From Octopus bimaculoides (Eukaryota), in contig NC_068984.1 of assembly GCF_001194135.2 (NCBI RefSeq), positions 67,443,783-67,488,470 of the forward strand: a stretch of 44,688 nt of DNA. The letters run 5' to 3'. The position numbers and the translations under genes were made by a program. The notes below the pieces were generated by a model. The model saw only the letters and a program-made list of their open reading frames with translations, was not told where the DNA came from and did no database searches. This document shows, piece by piece, positions 1 through 12,735 of the stretch; the stretch's first letter is position 1, and every line of letters starts with the position of its first letter.

Positions 1-14
1 ATATATACACACAG

Positions 15-67
<53 letters not shown>

Positions 68-70
68 TAT

Positions 71-111
<41 letters not shown>

Positions 112-201
112 TATATATATATATATATACATATACATACATACTGGGACGTCTATAAATGTATATATCATAATGCAGCACGCACACACACACACACATA
201 T
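1..201. repeat. Compound (TA)n/(CA)n microsatellite
   Basis: Directly visible dinucleotide runs; explains the YIYIYI ORFs. Confidence 0.97.
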
Positions 202-996
202 AAACAATAGAAAAAGAATAACACTTCATTATTGGTGACCACAATTAAGTTTAATTTGCATTTATTCTATAGAATTAGAATTAACAAATGAATGGTTTAG
301 AATTTAAAGACATGTTTATAAATTCATACTGGCTTAGTGAGTAAAATACATAGAGATATTGTTAGATTTATATGAATATTGTTTGGGAATCAATCCAAAA
401 ATTGTAAAGCTAATGTAACGGATGAAAATATCTTGCTTCAATTGAAATTATATAATTTACGAAGCACATGTTTCAATTACCAACTTGGAATTAACCAACA
501 GAAAATTGGTTTCAATTTTCAATAGGAGGACATATTTAAATGAGACAATAAACGATTTGCCGCTGAATAGATAGTTCAATATACAAATGTAATATTAGTA
601 TTTAACTTATACTATTTCAACTTTATGCTTCGAAAAATTTGATCGAAGTGTAATATAATAATTCCAAACATAACAAGAATTATATTATCCTATGATGAAT
701 ACATTAATGAAAGAGAAATTTGCTATGAAGCCTATGATTATATCGAATGGTAAGTATATAGAATAATATATTCAAATACTAACAATATACTATATGAACG
801 AGTTAATCATTGTATTTTCTAACACAGTGTTTGGTTTCGGAAGAATAATATGCAATCATCTTAAATGCTTTTTATGTTTAAACACTTATAACTTTTTATA
901 GTTCATGGAAACCTAGGACATTCGAAATCCAGGAATTCTAGGAATCCATAAATTCTAGGATTTCCAGGAATTCCAACAAATCCTGTGCTGAAAAGA

Positions 997-1009
997 AATA
1001 ATAATAATG

Positions 1010-1072
<63 letters not shown>
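997..1072 (+). repeat. (AAT)n trinucleotide microsatellite
   Basis: Near-pure aat run with one gat interruption. Confidence 0.97.
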
Positions 1073-1073
<1 letters not shown>

Positions 1074-1922
1074 CAGACACTGGCTCTCATGGCTTCTGAT
1101 TGTAACTGATTGGAAGTGTTATTATGTACATTGGTTTCTCTAGATATAAAAGATGGGCTATAGCTCAATACCACAGATTTGCTTGTCACTTGCTTGACCT
1201 TAACCAGTTGAGCATGTCTTTTGGTGGCTGACGGTATGTGCATCTCTGATCACAAGCAGAAGTAGTGGAGGAGCATCATAGCCATGCGTTGAGAAGAGTA
1301 CATTGAAGTTTGAATAATTCACCTCTGGAAACATGAGTGATTCATTCAACATCCTTAAACAAACCTTATTCAAGGACCATTTGAATGGGATGGGCTACTC
1401 AACCTGAAGAAAATTCTAACTGGGCCCCACCTCCAAGGTCATGCTCCGTTAATCTTGATATGAGATCACCATGTGGTGCACATATGATGAGTATGCTACC
1501 CCAGTGTCACTTTGATGGCATGCACTGCTCTCTCACTCAGTAGAAGTGGTAGTAGTAGTCAGGTGTTGACAAGAATTCTTTGGGGTTTGAATAATTCACC
1601 TCAGGAAGCATTGGTGTTTCGATTAACATCCTTAAACAACCCTTATTCAGAGACCTTTTGAGCAGGATGGGCTACTCGACTTGAAGAAAATTCTAACTGA
1701 GTCCCACTTGCAAGTTCATGCGTTGTTTATATTGATGTGAGATCACCATGTCGTTCACATATGTTTGTGATGCATGTGCCTGGTATACTTTTAGCAGTCA
1801 TGATGAATATACTGAGCATCGTAAATTTGTACCCTAGTGTCACTTTGATGGCATGCACTGCTCTCTCACTCAATAATAAAAAAATAATGATGATGATAAT
1901 AATAATAATAATAATAATAATA
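1073..1922 (+). mobile_element. Non-coding interspersed element, tandem dimer, with (AAT)n tail
   Basis: Copy 1 (1073-1538) and 5'-truncated copy 2 (about 1539-1871) share gtttgaataattcacctc...gggctactc..gaagaaaattctaactg...gagatcaccatgt...agtgtcactttgatggcatgcactgctctctcactc. An (AAT/GAT)n tail follows at 1872-1922. Resembles an abundant Octopus repeat as I recall it. Confidence 0.8.
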
Positions 1923-2184
1923 TTTTCTAATTTGGAACATGAGAAATTGATGAATTGGCGTCAGCCGATACTTTCAAATCTAATTCATGATTGTTGCTTT
2001 TTTCATCAATCTCGAAAACACGAAAGTCAAGAGTTAATCTCAGCGATACTTTAACTTGGAATGTATAGAGCCAGAACTCATAACGCAAAGTTACTTTTCT
2101 AGCTCTCTAAAGAAATGTGATAGAAATCGTGATGTCTGTTACAATTGCAAACTGTTACTGATGTAGCACAACCATCATCAAACA

Positions 2185-2511
2185 AAAATAAGGAATTTGC
2201 GCTCCGTCGGTTACGTTTACGAGGGTTCCAGTTAATCCGACGAAGGAACAGCCTGCACTTCAAAAATTAACCTTCAAGTGGGTGAGGACTTCATAGACAC
2301 GAAGCTACATGTAGTTCTCATGGAGATTCAGCGTGACACAGAATGTGATAAGGCTGGCTCTTTGAAATACATGTACTACTAATGTTTGCCAGGGGGAGTT
2401 GAGTGGAACAAGGTAAAATAAACTGTCTTGCTCAAGGACAAAATACAAAACGCGCTGCTGGGAACCGAACTCATGATCATGAGCCGCATATTCTAACCAC
2501 TAATCCACGCC
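2185..2511 (-). mobile_element. tRNA-derived SINE (family C, CORE-like central domain)
   Basis: Reverse complement begins ggcgtggattagtggttagaat (A-box-like) ... gagttcggttccc (B-box-like), followed by tgtccttgagcaagac, which resembles the CORE domain of CORE-SINEs. Confidence 0.75.
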
Positions 2512-3002
2512 AATTCACTAAACAAAAATAATAGAATGAAAATATATAAACGTCTGAGTAACATATGTTTAGATACAAGTAAAGTAAGTTAAAATACAAG
2601 AGAATGGATTGGAGGGTATAATTATGTTTTCGGTAGACGGAGCTATCTGCGAAGCAATGAAAGAGAATATGAGCCTTCATAAATGTTGTTTAGCTGGGTA
2701 GTGATAGAAGAAGCCTTTTCATTCGATTGCGTATAAGAATTGTAGTATGTAAGTTGTTTTACCATGGATAGGTGGACCGAAAGGCAAATTTCGGGTGACA
2801 CTGAAGTGCCAAATTCGATTAGATTTTATAAGGGTTTATTCCATTTTTCACTTCTAGTGCACCTAAAACCTACAATTGCTCTCCTGTATATAAATCTTAC
2901 ACACTCCTACTTAGTGTAACACCAGCTACAAAATACTTCTTTTAAAACATTCTCTTCAGAAGTATTTTCTATGAACATTCTTTTCTGCTGTATAATAATT
3001 TC

Positions 3003-3370
3003 CCTGAAAAAACAAATTCTATGTAATAAACTTCATAGCTTACAGCTGTTTCTGCTGTGGGATGTGCTGTACTCTTAATTGAATATCTAGATAACATCCT
3101 ATAACCTAACCGGAGCCTTGAATATCAAGTGCACTTTATTTGGGAGTTACATTCTCAGAACTTACAAGTGTTATGAATGAGAAGGTTTATGCTGATGGCT
3201 AATGCCTGTATGTTTTGAGAATGTAACTTTCCCAACTAAAGTGGGCTTGATATTCAAGGGTCTTATGAAACTATAGGATGTTAGCCAGGTACTCAACTAA
3301 GAGTTCACCTCATCATTATAGAAGAAACAGCTGTAAGCTAATGAAGTTCATTGCACAAACTTTTTTTCCG
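3003..3370. mobile_element. Fold-back / MITE-like element with ~155-bp imperfect inverted arms
   Basis: Arms 3003-3161 and 3212-3370 are complementary in blocks: cttcatagcttacagctgtttct vs agaaacagctgtaagctaatgaag; ccttgaatatcaag vs cttgatattcaagg; gttacattctcagaac vs gttttgagaatgtaac. No TSD recognised. Confidence 0.7.
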
Positions 3371-3372
3371 GT

Positions 3373-3377
<5 letters not shown>

Positions 3378-3462
<85 letters not shown>

Positions 3463-3520
3463 TACATACATATGTGTGTGTGTATGAGTGTGTTTGTTAA
3501 GTATGTATATATATATATAT
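3378..3520. repeat. Compound (TC)n(TA)n(CA)n(TG)n microsatellite
   Basis: Directly visible. Confidence 0.95.
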
Positions 3521-5058
3521 ACGAACTTTAGATTAGTTAAAATACGTTTGTGACATTTAAAATTCTAAAGGCATATTCACTGCAGTTTTTATGTAGAGAA
3601 AATTCTTTCTTATGATAAAAACACTGAAAACCCCATATCTGTGAGTGTTAGTGTTACCTACCCAAGTTCCTCCGACTTGGCGATCTAACCGCACAACTCT
3701 ATCAATGTCATTGACTAACATTTTAAATCTACCCAGAGTTTTCTGTAATTCCCATTAATAACGGCTAAAGAGCTAGAGACGCTGCGCTTGAGAGTCCGAC
3801 AAGCAGCAACACTGAGCAGATTTGGTGTTTTCACATTTTATACCATGAGAGAGATTTTTTTCTCCCCGGTAAATGCAGCGTTTTGCATTGAGAAGCTAAA
3901 ATATGTCACTCATTTTAACCAACCTAATGTTCGCTTATTCCTGAACACTGCTGAATACTCACACAAGCACAAAGACACGCACACAAACGCGCACAAACAC
4001 ACCCATCTATGTAAGTATGTTTGTATATATCTATTTATATATCTCTTTATCTCATAGCTATACACATACGTGTATATATATTCTTCATGTATCAATCAAA
4101 GCAGTAATAGTCATTTACTGACACGCAAGCGCATAGATTTATGCCTCCATGTATGTCAACCGATGTGAAATGGAATATTACTTTACGTCCCTTCACATCA
4201 AATTTAAATTACCTATTCGACAGAAAACAACGTATTACGAACAATGTAGAACGAAATTTATACTAGGATTTATATATTCCACCAGTATCCTTTAAGACAG
4301 TGACCTAGTAAGCGTGGGTTTCAAGGATTGAAACCAACAAAAGTATATATTTGCTCGAAGTACTGTTAAGTTTAGAAATTACAGATAAATATAGATAAAT
4401 ATATCATTAAGTATTCAATGTGGAATTACTGTAACAACTCTACAAAGCAACACAGCAAGGAATCGATACTCTTATATTGATTAAATAACAAAGAAAAATC
4501 AACGAATAATTTAATATCATCATGAATTATAAAATTTAATTTTGTTTCCATTTACACTCATCAATATCAAAGAAAGTATAACTTAATACCATTATGGGAA
4601 CATCATATATATATTAATGTGAAACTCTTGGAAATTAACATTTACTCTGTTTAACTTTACGACAATTAAAAACAGCTGAGATACATGAAAGATAGATGAG
4701 TTAGACAGAATATATATAATTCCTGTTAAATATAAATATGGCATATACAAATTATCAATATTAAAGAAATCATATTAAATTCGCAATTATGCAGCAGTTT
4801 TGTTTCTGATTTCGATTGATTGTGAATATAATTTTTCTCTAAATTTCTGAGATGAGAAATCATGAATACTACACACTGATGCAAATGAACTAGAGTCTCT
4901 ATTTTTTTCTCATCTTGCTTGCTATATAGACACTACTTTTCAGACCATGAGCCCTCCGGTCTTCCTCTGAGCAAGACTCTAAGGAAGCAAAGGGGCCGAT
5001 AATTTTCATTTTATTGTCTATGATTCACTGGCATCAATTATTCTTGTATATGGACGCC

Positions 5059-5059
<1 letters not shown>

Positions 5060-5110
<51 letters not shown>
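5060..5110. repeat. (TG)n microsatellite
   Basis: Directly visible. Confidence 0.97.
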
Positions 5111-5113
<3 letters not shown>

Positions 5114-5991
5114 CATTGACATGAGTGAGTCAGTAAGTAATGTAGTTGTGTTGTCGCGTTATTTTTTTAAATACAAACAGCCTTAGAAACGTAGGCAGAT
5201 CATCTGACAGTCACTAGTTGAACTGTAAAGCTTTAAACTTAATTTTTTGTAATCTTAGACCTAATATTCTTTTTTCATTGAAAGATTTAGTGCGAATATT
5301 TGTGAGTGAGATATTTGTGTGACACATTTATACTTTGGCACCAACGTGAAGATGTATATGTAATACTTGACTATTTTAGCTTAATACAGCTCACAACAAA
5401 ATTCGCAAATACATGAATAAATTCTCATTCGTAAATGAATTGAGAAGTCCTTCATAGTCATTCAATAATATCGGTCCAGAAATAAATTTTCATTAGTTTC
5501 GGATTGAAATTTTGTGATCATGTCATTTACAATCTTGTGAAAGTAATGCATTTAGAGTTCAGATGGAATTCTCAGATCGATATTACGAAGAATATTACGA
5601 CAGGCAAGAATTTTCTGAGAAAACAGTTCAGGAGAGAAGCTTTTAAAACAAATGTTTTGTAGCTGGTGATACATCATGTAGGCGTGCCTGAGGTTTACAT
5701 ACAGTTGACAAAGATAGAGAACAGACACAATTTTTTTAAGCGGGGTAGAAGTGAGAGATGGAATATAAGAATTATAACTCGGATGGAGGTGATTCCACCA
5801 CGTCTCAACGCACTAAAAGTCATTATCAATAGATTTGAGAAAATTTCGCTCAAATTGCAACCTACATACTTAAAAAAACGAAATATATTGAATGATGTTA
5901 ACTGTTTGAATGCATAACGAGATTGTCAGAGCAGCTCATATGACTTATCTACAAGAGCTGATTTTAACAAAAACTATTACAACGAAAATAA

Positions 5992-6204
5992 CCTACTACT
6001 ACTACTACTACTGCTGCTGCTACTATTGCTACTGCTGCCACTACTACTACTGCTGCTGCTGCTGCTGCAACTGCTGCTGCTGCTGCAACTGCAACTGCTG
6101 CTGCAACTACTACTACTACTACTGCTGCTGCAACTACTACTGCTGCTGCAACTACTACTACTACTACTGCTGCTGCAACTACTACTATTACTACTGCTGC
6201 TGCA

Positions 6205-6240
<36 letters not shown>

Positions 6241-6445
6241 GCTGCTGCTACTACTGCTGCTGCTACTACTACTACTGCTAGTACCACTACAACTACTACT
6301 GCTGCTGCTGCTACTACTACTACTACTGCTGCTACTACTACTACTACTACTGCTGCTACTACTACTACTACTACTGCTGCTACTACTACTATTACTACTG
6401 CTGCTACTACTACTATTACTACTACTGCTGCCACTACTACTACAG

Positions 6446-6488
<43 letters not shown>

Positions 6489-6532
6489 AGCTACTACTAC
6501 TACAGCTACTACTACTACTACTACTACTACAG

Positions 6533-6566
<34 letters not shown>

Positions 6567-6636
6567 AGCTACTACTACTACTACTACTACTACTGCTGCT
6601 GCTGCCACTACTACTACTACTGCTGCTGCTGCTGCT
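5992..6636. repeat. Long compound (ACT)n/(GCT)n trinucleotide tract (~645 bp)
   Basis: Alternating act and gct blocks with gca/gcc/aca/att interruptions; source of the poly-L, poly-Y/C and poly-V/A ORFs. Confidence 0.97.
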
Positions 6637-6899
6637 AAAGTCTTTCGACTTAGGAGATTCATTTGCATTTGACTCTAATCCAAATCTACATGCTACACGT
6701 AGTGTTACATCTTCGAATTCTCTTCGGATTAGATTTAGCGTCTACCAGCTCACTCAAAAATATTTAGGGAAAAATATGATTTCATTAATTTATTCAATAT
6801 TTAAGAATATATGAAAGTACGTTGTGGTAAATTTGATTTGGGAAAGACAATACAAAATACCTCATCCATCAAGTATTGAAGAACTGGAAGAGCTCGGCA

Positions 6900-7095
6900 T
6901 CTATTCATCCATCCATCAATCCATTTATCTATCTATCTATCTATCTGTCTGTCTGTAATTCTATCTATCTATGTATCTATCTATCTGTCTGTCTGTAATT
7001 CTATCTATCTATGTATCTATCTATCTGTCTGTCTGTCTGTCTACCCGTTATCTATATCTCTATCTGTCGCTCACTCACTCTCTCTCTCTCTCTAA
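6900..7095. repeat. (ATCC)/(ATCT)n/(GTCT)n tetranucleotide tract with a higher-order duplicated unit
   Basis: ctatctatctatgtatctatctatctgtctgtctgt occurs twice, followed by (TC)n. Confidence 0.9.
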
Positions 7096-7349
7096 ACATA
7101 CACACAAACCATTTAACAGTGTGTTTATTAAACACATATTTAAATACATCCTTTCATATACACACGTATAGGCATGGAGATATACATGCACGCATACATA
7201 ACGCACGCCCAGCCTTTATATACGTGCATATCTACTTAACATTTGTAAGCATTTTTACTGATACTCCCTGTAGCGGATGTCTCTGCAACAATAAAGGAAA
7301 TGAAAATTAATCGAAGGTAAAATATACATACAAAAATACTCAGACAGAC

Positions 7350-7428
7350 CCATACATTCATACATACATGCATGCATACATACATACATATTTACATACA
7401 TACATAATACATATACACATACATACGT
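7350..7428. repeat. (CATA)n microsatellite
   Basis: Directly visible. Confidence 0.9.
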
Positions 7429-9329
7429 TATAGATTTTGATCATTACAAACTTAATCAAAATTATCTCTATATACTACTAACGTAAAATTTTGAAGAGTA
7501 GATGTTAGTTTTCTTAGTATTCTATGACGAGTGTTTTAATTGCTATTTTCTATAATTTAGACTATCATTGCGATTACAATATAAAATCTATATGAGAAAA
7601 TTAACTTGCCACTGGTTAGCTTCTGCATAAACTATAAAAACTCTTCGGTATAATGACTGTGCATCTAATGAAAAAATGTCCAAAAACGGTAACTTTGTAT
7701 TTGGAAGCTAAAATCGATCGAAGCAATAATTAACCTCATATTTCATTTTTTAATGAACACTATTCTGTTTGGTCAAAACGTCCACACCCTAAATCAACTA
7801 TATTCTGAATATCGACAGCTACACTAACCTCCAGATATCTTTAATTCCTTTAAAAGTATTCTGCGGGATTTTTTTTTTCTCTTCAAAAATATTTCTAGAA
7901 CAGAAGGTTTGCTGAAATAATTTGAAAATGACAAATTAACTTCATTGCCTAACAATTAAATAATTTATGCTTCTTCAAAATATACTTAAGTAGCATCTTT
8001 TCTTCAAGTTCTATAATTTAAATGTATTGTTTATGAGCATTCCAGAAAGTAATGCTAAAATTATCTGTGCTTGTATATCATTCATTCAGAAGTCTAAATA
8101 AAAAAAATCGTAAATGATTGAAAAATAGAAAATACATATATTATTAAATCGAATAATCATGGGACATGTAAGAAAATTTGATTGCTTCATCGAATTTGTC
8201 ATCACAGCTATACATTTACATACATGATTTATTTTGCGATAAGAACTATAAAGCCAGCAACGAAGCGATTTCTTCAACATTTTCAAAAGTAGTATCGACT
8301 TTTCTATGAGCAAACATCAAAAGGATTTAAGAAACAATTACGTCACTAATCATTTTAGTAAAGAGCAGAAAGTCTTTAAAAAAGGGGGAAACAAATTTGG
8401 TCAGAAAACCAATTACTCGTATTTCGATTTCAGTTAATTAGAGAGATTGATATGCATATCGATTATGGCAAATATAATATTAAAGCAATGCATAAAACAA
8501 ACATATTGTCTAGATATTAGATTAGAGATACTGATATATAATAATGTTTGTATTGGAATAAGACTGATATTTAAAGAAATCCAATTGCTAAACTTCTAAC
8601 TGATACCACGGCTTCTGCCTACTGTTTCATATTATTCAGTATATTTAATGTGGCTAGCTTTATGCGTTGTATCAAAGTAGTGTGACGTCTAATAGCTAGT
8701 TGGCAAATAAAAGCAGTATTTCTGAAGCAGACACACGAAATAATGTATAACGGATGTTGTTATTAACTTCGTAACTGGCTTTTTACTTTGTTCAGTTATG
8801 ACCTCATAATGTTTCAGTGTAGGTTAGATGAAAGGTAATAAAACCTGAACGGTCTGATGTACAATATCATCCATGTGAATCATTGCATTTAACTAGCATT
8901 TCAAAGAGATCACATTGAAATTCTGAATGAATTTCGCATCGTGTTTCTACGTAACTGCTGATGGTTACTTATCTAGGAATCATTCCAAGATCACAGAGTT
9001 GAAATATTAAGATAAAAATGGATCATCTAATTCTCATTTATTACAAACAATAAGTACGTATCGATGCATGTATATAAGTCACACACTCACGTGCGAATGC
9101 AACAAAAAGAAGTGTATGTATTTGTGTACATTAACGTTATATCAATCGAAACTATAGAAGTCGGAAAATTGCTATGAGGAAGATATGTTCTATAAGACAG
9201 AGTTCTCGTCTTAGACACACTCAATAGAATTAGGTGTTGGACAATAACTCTTGTTTGAATGGCAATTAGAATATCATTACGCTTCAGAATACAACCAACA
9301 CAATGCTTATCGGAGCAATGTTAGCTAAC

Positions 9330-9500
9330 CATTCAACCTGATTGATATAGCAGCCAATTTTCCCGGAAATCATGCCCTAACATCTTAGGAAAAGACAATG
9401 CTTTGTATAATATCGTTTCGGGTGAACAGTATCTTGGAAAAGGATGAGGTAGTCACGGCTGGAATATGGTTAGTCATCTATCTGCTCACTCAAGACACCG
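9330..9500. mobile_element. Degraded interspersed repeat (family E)
   Basis: Shares loose motifs (tagcagcc(a)aat..., cacg(g/c)ctggaat) with 15000-15200 and 16230-16400. Confidence 0.45.
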
Positions 9501-9686
9501 CCATAAGATGAACTATCCTTATCATGATATAGAAATCAATAATGTGTTTTTATGACTATTGCCCTGATTTGCATAAGTCAGATAAAAGAACAAAGCTGAT
9601 ATCCATTCAATTTTTTCAACTACTTGCACTGCTCAACTGCAAATTCAAGAAAGCTTATAAGAAAGCTTATCTTCAACTGATTTAAA

Positions 9687-9800
9687 CACGGCCTGAAATT
9701 TGGAGAAGGAGGATAGACGATGGTATCATTTTAACAGTAACTGGCTTGTATTTTAATTTATCGCTCCCAGATGCAGTTGGGTTCAGCGTCATTTGAAATT
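9687..9800 (-). mobile_element. Degraded SINE, family A
   Basis: ggcctgaaatttgg ... actgg ... ttaatttatcg matches better family A copies (11361-11567, 38397-38633). Confidence 0.55.
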
Positions 9801-10026
9801 GGAGAGTAAATTTTGTGAATAAATACTGCAAGGAACATCATGATGAAATACAAGAAGGCGGTCGTTAATGTTTTCAACTACTTTCCCCGCCACAAAGGTA
9901 AACCTGCTACTTTCCATTGTTGATTACGCTTGCACAAAATGTACCAAATCTATGATAATCACTTAGACTCAAGCAGCTTAAGCGTAAACCTAAAGCAGTA
10001 GTATAAAGTACATGGCCAACACTTCC

Positions 10027-10036
10027 NNNNNNNNNN
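10027..10036. other. Assembly gap (10 N)
   Basis: Run of n. Confidence 1.
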
Positions 10037-10245
10037 TATATATATATATATATATATATATCCACCCATCTGAATATGTCTTTGTGTCGGTGTTTGTCCG
10101 CCCCCACCACTACCTCATCGCTTGACAACCAGTGTTAGCGTGATAGAATAAGTCTTGGGGTCATTTTTTTTCGGCTAATAAACTCGTTAATGCAGAGCTC
10201 CAGAAGAGTGCCACGCCAGTAGTTATACTGAATGGAAAACTATGT
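10037..10245 (+). mobile_element. 3' half of SINE family B, preceded by (TA)n
   Basis: tgtctttgtgtcggtgtttgtcc...catcgcttgacaacc...gatagaataagtc matches the 3' half of 37442-37825. Confidence 0.65.
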
Positions 10246-11064
10246 TTTCAGGAATATGAGAAATACATCAGATTGTTTCAAGATGTCACATGCAAGCTCA
10301 TATAATATATATTTTCGAGACAAAACAACATAGAATAGTTAACATTTAGTCGTCTTGCCATCAAATTTCAAATCCTTTACGAAGTCATTACTCCTATTTA
10401 CTTCCACCTATATTACAAGATACTGAGAATGCAAATAGAAAAAAGCAAAACAAAGCAAAGCAGGGGGAACAGATTATTTTCGAAACAAAAAAAAGCATGT
10501 TCATATTTGCATTGAACCACCAAATATTTATAAAGATGAGTAGACTTGAAAGGATATTGAAGCGATCTGAAACAGTACAGAATGACATCGATGTAGCTGT
10601 TGACTGGAAAACATTTTAGCAGTTATGGAATATCTTTATCGTTCTAGTTATATTTTTAATAGAAAAAATAAATCAAGATGGGCATAGTTCTTTCCGGTAA
10701 ATATAATATTTTATGTTATTTTCACGTGACATTTGTGAACTATGAATGTTTTTAGGCAAGCTTTTCGTGAGGTAACTAATTCTTATTTTAAGAAAGAAAA
10801 CACCAGCACCACCAAGAACAAAATACTTTGGCACAAAGTCAGAGATTTTTAGTGGTGAGAATGTTAGTCGTTTACATTTAACCTAATGCTCAACTGGCAC
10901 TTATTTTATCGACTGTGAAAAGATAAAAGCAACATCGACCACGACAGAATTTGTACTTCGAATGTAAAGAAAGAACTAGAAGAAATAGTACGAAGCATGT
11001 CATTTTACCTTTCTAATCGAAGCGCAAGTGATTCTGCCGTTTTCTGGCATTAATGATGATAATA

Positions 11065-11262
11065 CTCCTTTCTAGTACAGGAAAAGGGCCTGAAAGTTTG
11101 GGAGAGGGGTGAGTCTATTGCATCAACCCAAGTGCATAGACGGTACTTATTTCATCGACCCGAAAGGATGAAAGTTGACCTCGGGGAAATTTGAATAAAG
11201 AACAAGAAGACGGAAGAAATGCCACTCAGCGTTTCACCCGGCGTGCTAACGATTCTGCCAGT
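11065..11262 (-). mobile_element. SINE family A
   Basis: ggcctgaaag...ggtacttatttcatcgacccgaaaggatgaaagttgacctcgg...ccggcgtgctaacgattctgcca; aligns with other family A copies. Confidence 0.85.
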
Positions 11263-11298
11263 ACGTTACCATAGTAATATAGAAATAATAATAAGAAT

Positions 11299-11334
<36 letters not shown>

Positions 11335-11360
11335 AATGAGGAGAAGAAGAAGAAGAATGA

Positions 11361-11567
11361 CCTTTTCTACTAAAGGCCTGAAATTTTGGGGAATGGGACT
11401 AGTCGATCACATCGACTCCAAGGTTTCACTGGTACTTAATTTATAGACTCCGGAAGGATGAAAGCAAAGTCGACCTTGGCGGAAATTGAACTTAGAACGT
11501 AACAACGGGCGAAATACTGCTAAGCACTTCGTTCAACATGCTAACTTTCCTGTCAACTCACCGCCTT
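11361..11567 (-). mobile_element. SINE family A
   Basis: ggcctgaaattttgggg...ctggtacttaatttatagactccggaaggatgaaagcaaagtcgaccttggcggaa...ctcaccgcctt (full 5' end). Confidence 0.9.
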
Positions 11568-11591
11568 AACGACAACAACAACAACAACAAC

Positions 11592-11640
<49 letters not shown>
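11568..11640 (+). repeat. (AAC)n(AAT)n tract immediately 5' of the R4-like LINE fragment
   Basis: Directly visible. Confidence 0.95.
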
Positions 11641-12735
11641 GGCAACTGTTGTTGCAAAGAAGGTGAACTCAATGGCAAAGCAAACAGCGTTTGGCTGATA
11701 GATGGGAACAGAAAAACTCTGCATAGCAAACATGTGACCCGTAGCAAACAGACTGATGTAGACCAGAAGCACAACCATCAGTGGCTACGAATCTCAGTGC
11801 TTATTCACCCGAAATTACCATACAGTTGCGATGAAAAATGGGGAAGACCCAAAGTGCTGCATTTGTGATGAAAAATGGAGAAGTCCCAAAGTGCTGATAC
11901 TACACAGTGGACCACCTAATCTCTGAGTGTAAGCCTTTAGCACCAGTACAGTATGAAGCAAAACATAAGAGTGTTGGCCAATATCTACACGGGATAATAT
12001 GTCGGCATAATAAAATTAAAACTGCTGATAAATGATACAAGCATCAACTAGAGGGTGTAACTGAGGGAGAGAATGTAGCGATTCTTTGTGACTTTCTAGT
12101 ACATACAGACAGGACCACTATAGCTAACAAACCAGATATTGTTGTGAAAGACCAAAACAATAGAATTTGCTTATTGATTGACATGAGCATATCGTGTGAT
12201 CATAATATCTCTGCAAAAGAATTTGATAAGCTCAGAAAATATAAGGATTTGCTGATTGAAATCGAAAAAGTGTGTCATCTCAAGACGGTTACAATACGAA
12301 TGATAGTAGGAGCACTTGGAATGATAAAAAAAGGAACTGAAAAGTAATTGATGATGATCCCTGGGTTACCATCCATGCAAGAAGTGCAAAAATTTGTCTT
12401 AACTGGTACGTCACAGGTATTGAGAAGAACATTGTCGTTGTGAATTTTCTGTCTCTTTTCCCGTTTATTTTCTTTATTTTTTCCTGTATTTCTTTTTCCG
12501 TTCTTTCTTTTTTTGTCTTTGTCTTTCTTCCCCTTCTTTTTCTATAGCATGGCCTTTTAAATGAACAATCTGGTGAGTATATTTTAATGACCTACCAATG
12601 TATACAGCAAGTTTCTTTGCCCTTGGTGCTGAGAAGACAGTCGGTAAGAAATGGAAACAACAACAACAATAATAATAATAATAATAATAATAACAATAAT
12701 AATAACAATAATAATAACAATAATAATAATAATAA
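11641..12735 (+). mobile_element. 5'-truncated R4/Dong-like non-LTR retrotransposon (RLE endonuclease end, 3' UTR, (AAC/AAT)n tail); pseudogenised
   Basis: Translation from 11907: VDHLISECKPLAPVQYEAKHKSVGQYLHGIIC...DK*YKHQ...ENVAILCDFLVHTDRTTIANKPDIVVKDQNNRICLLIDMSISCDHNISAKEFDKLRKYKDLLIEIEK...IVGALG...*...QKFVLTGTSQVLRRTLSL*. Upstream DPKCCIC completes a CCHC knuckle; PD..D..K is the restriction-like endonuclease core. Two in-frame stops plus upstream frameshifts. Confidence 0.85.
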
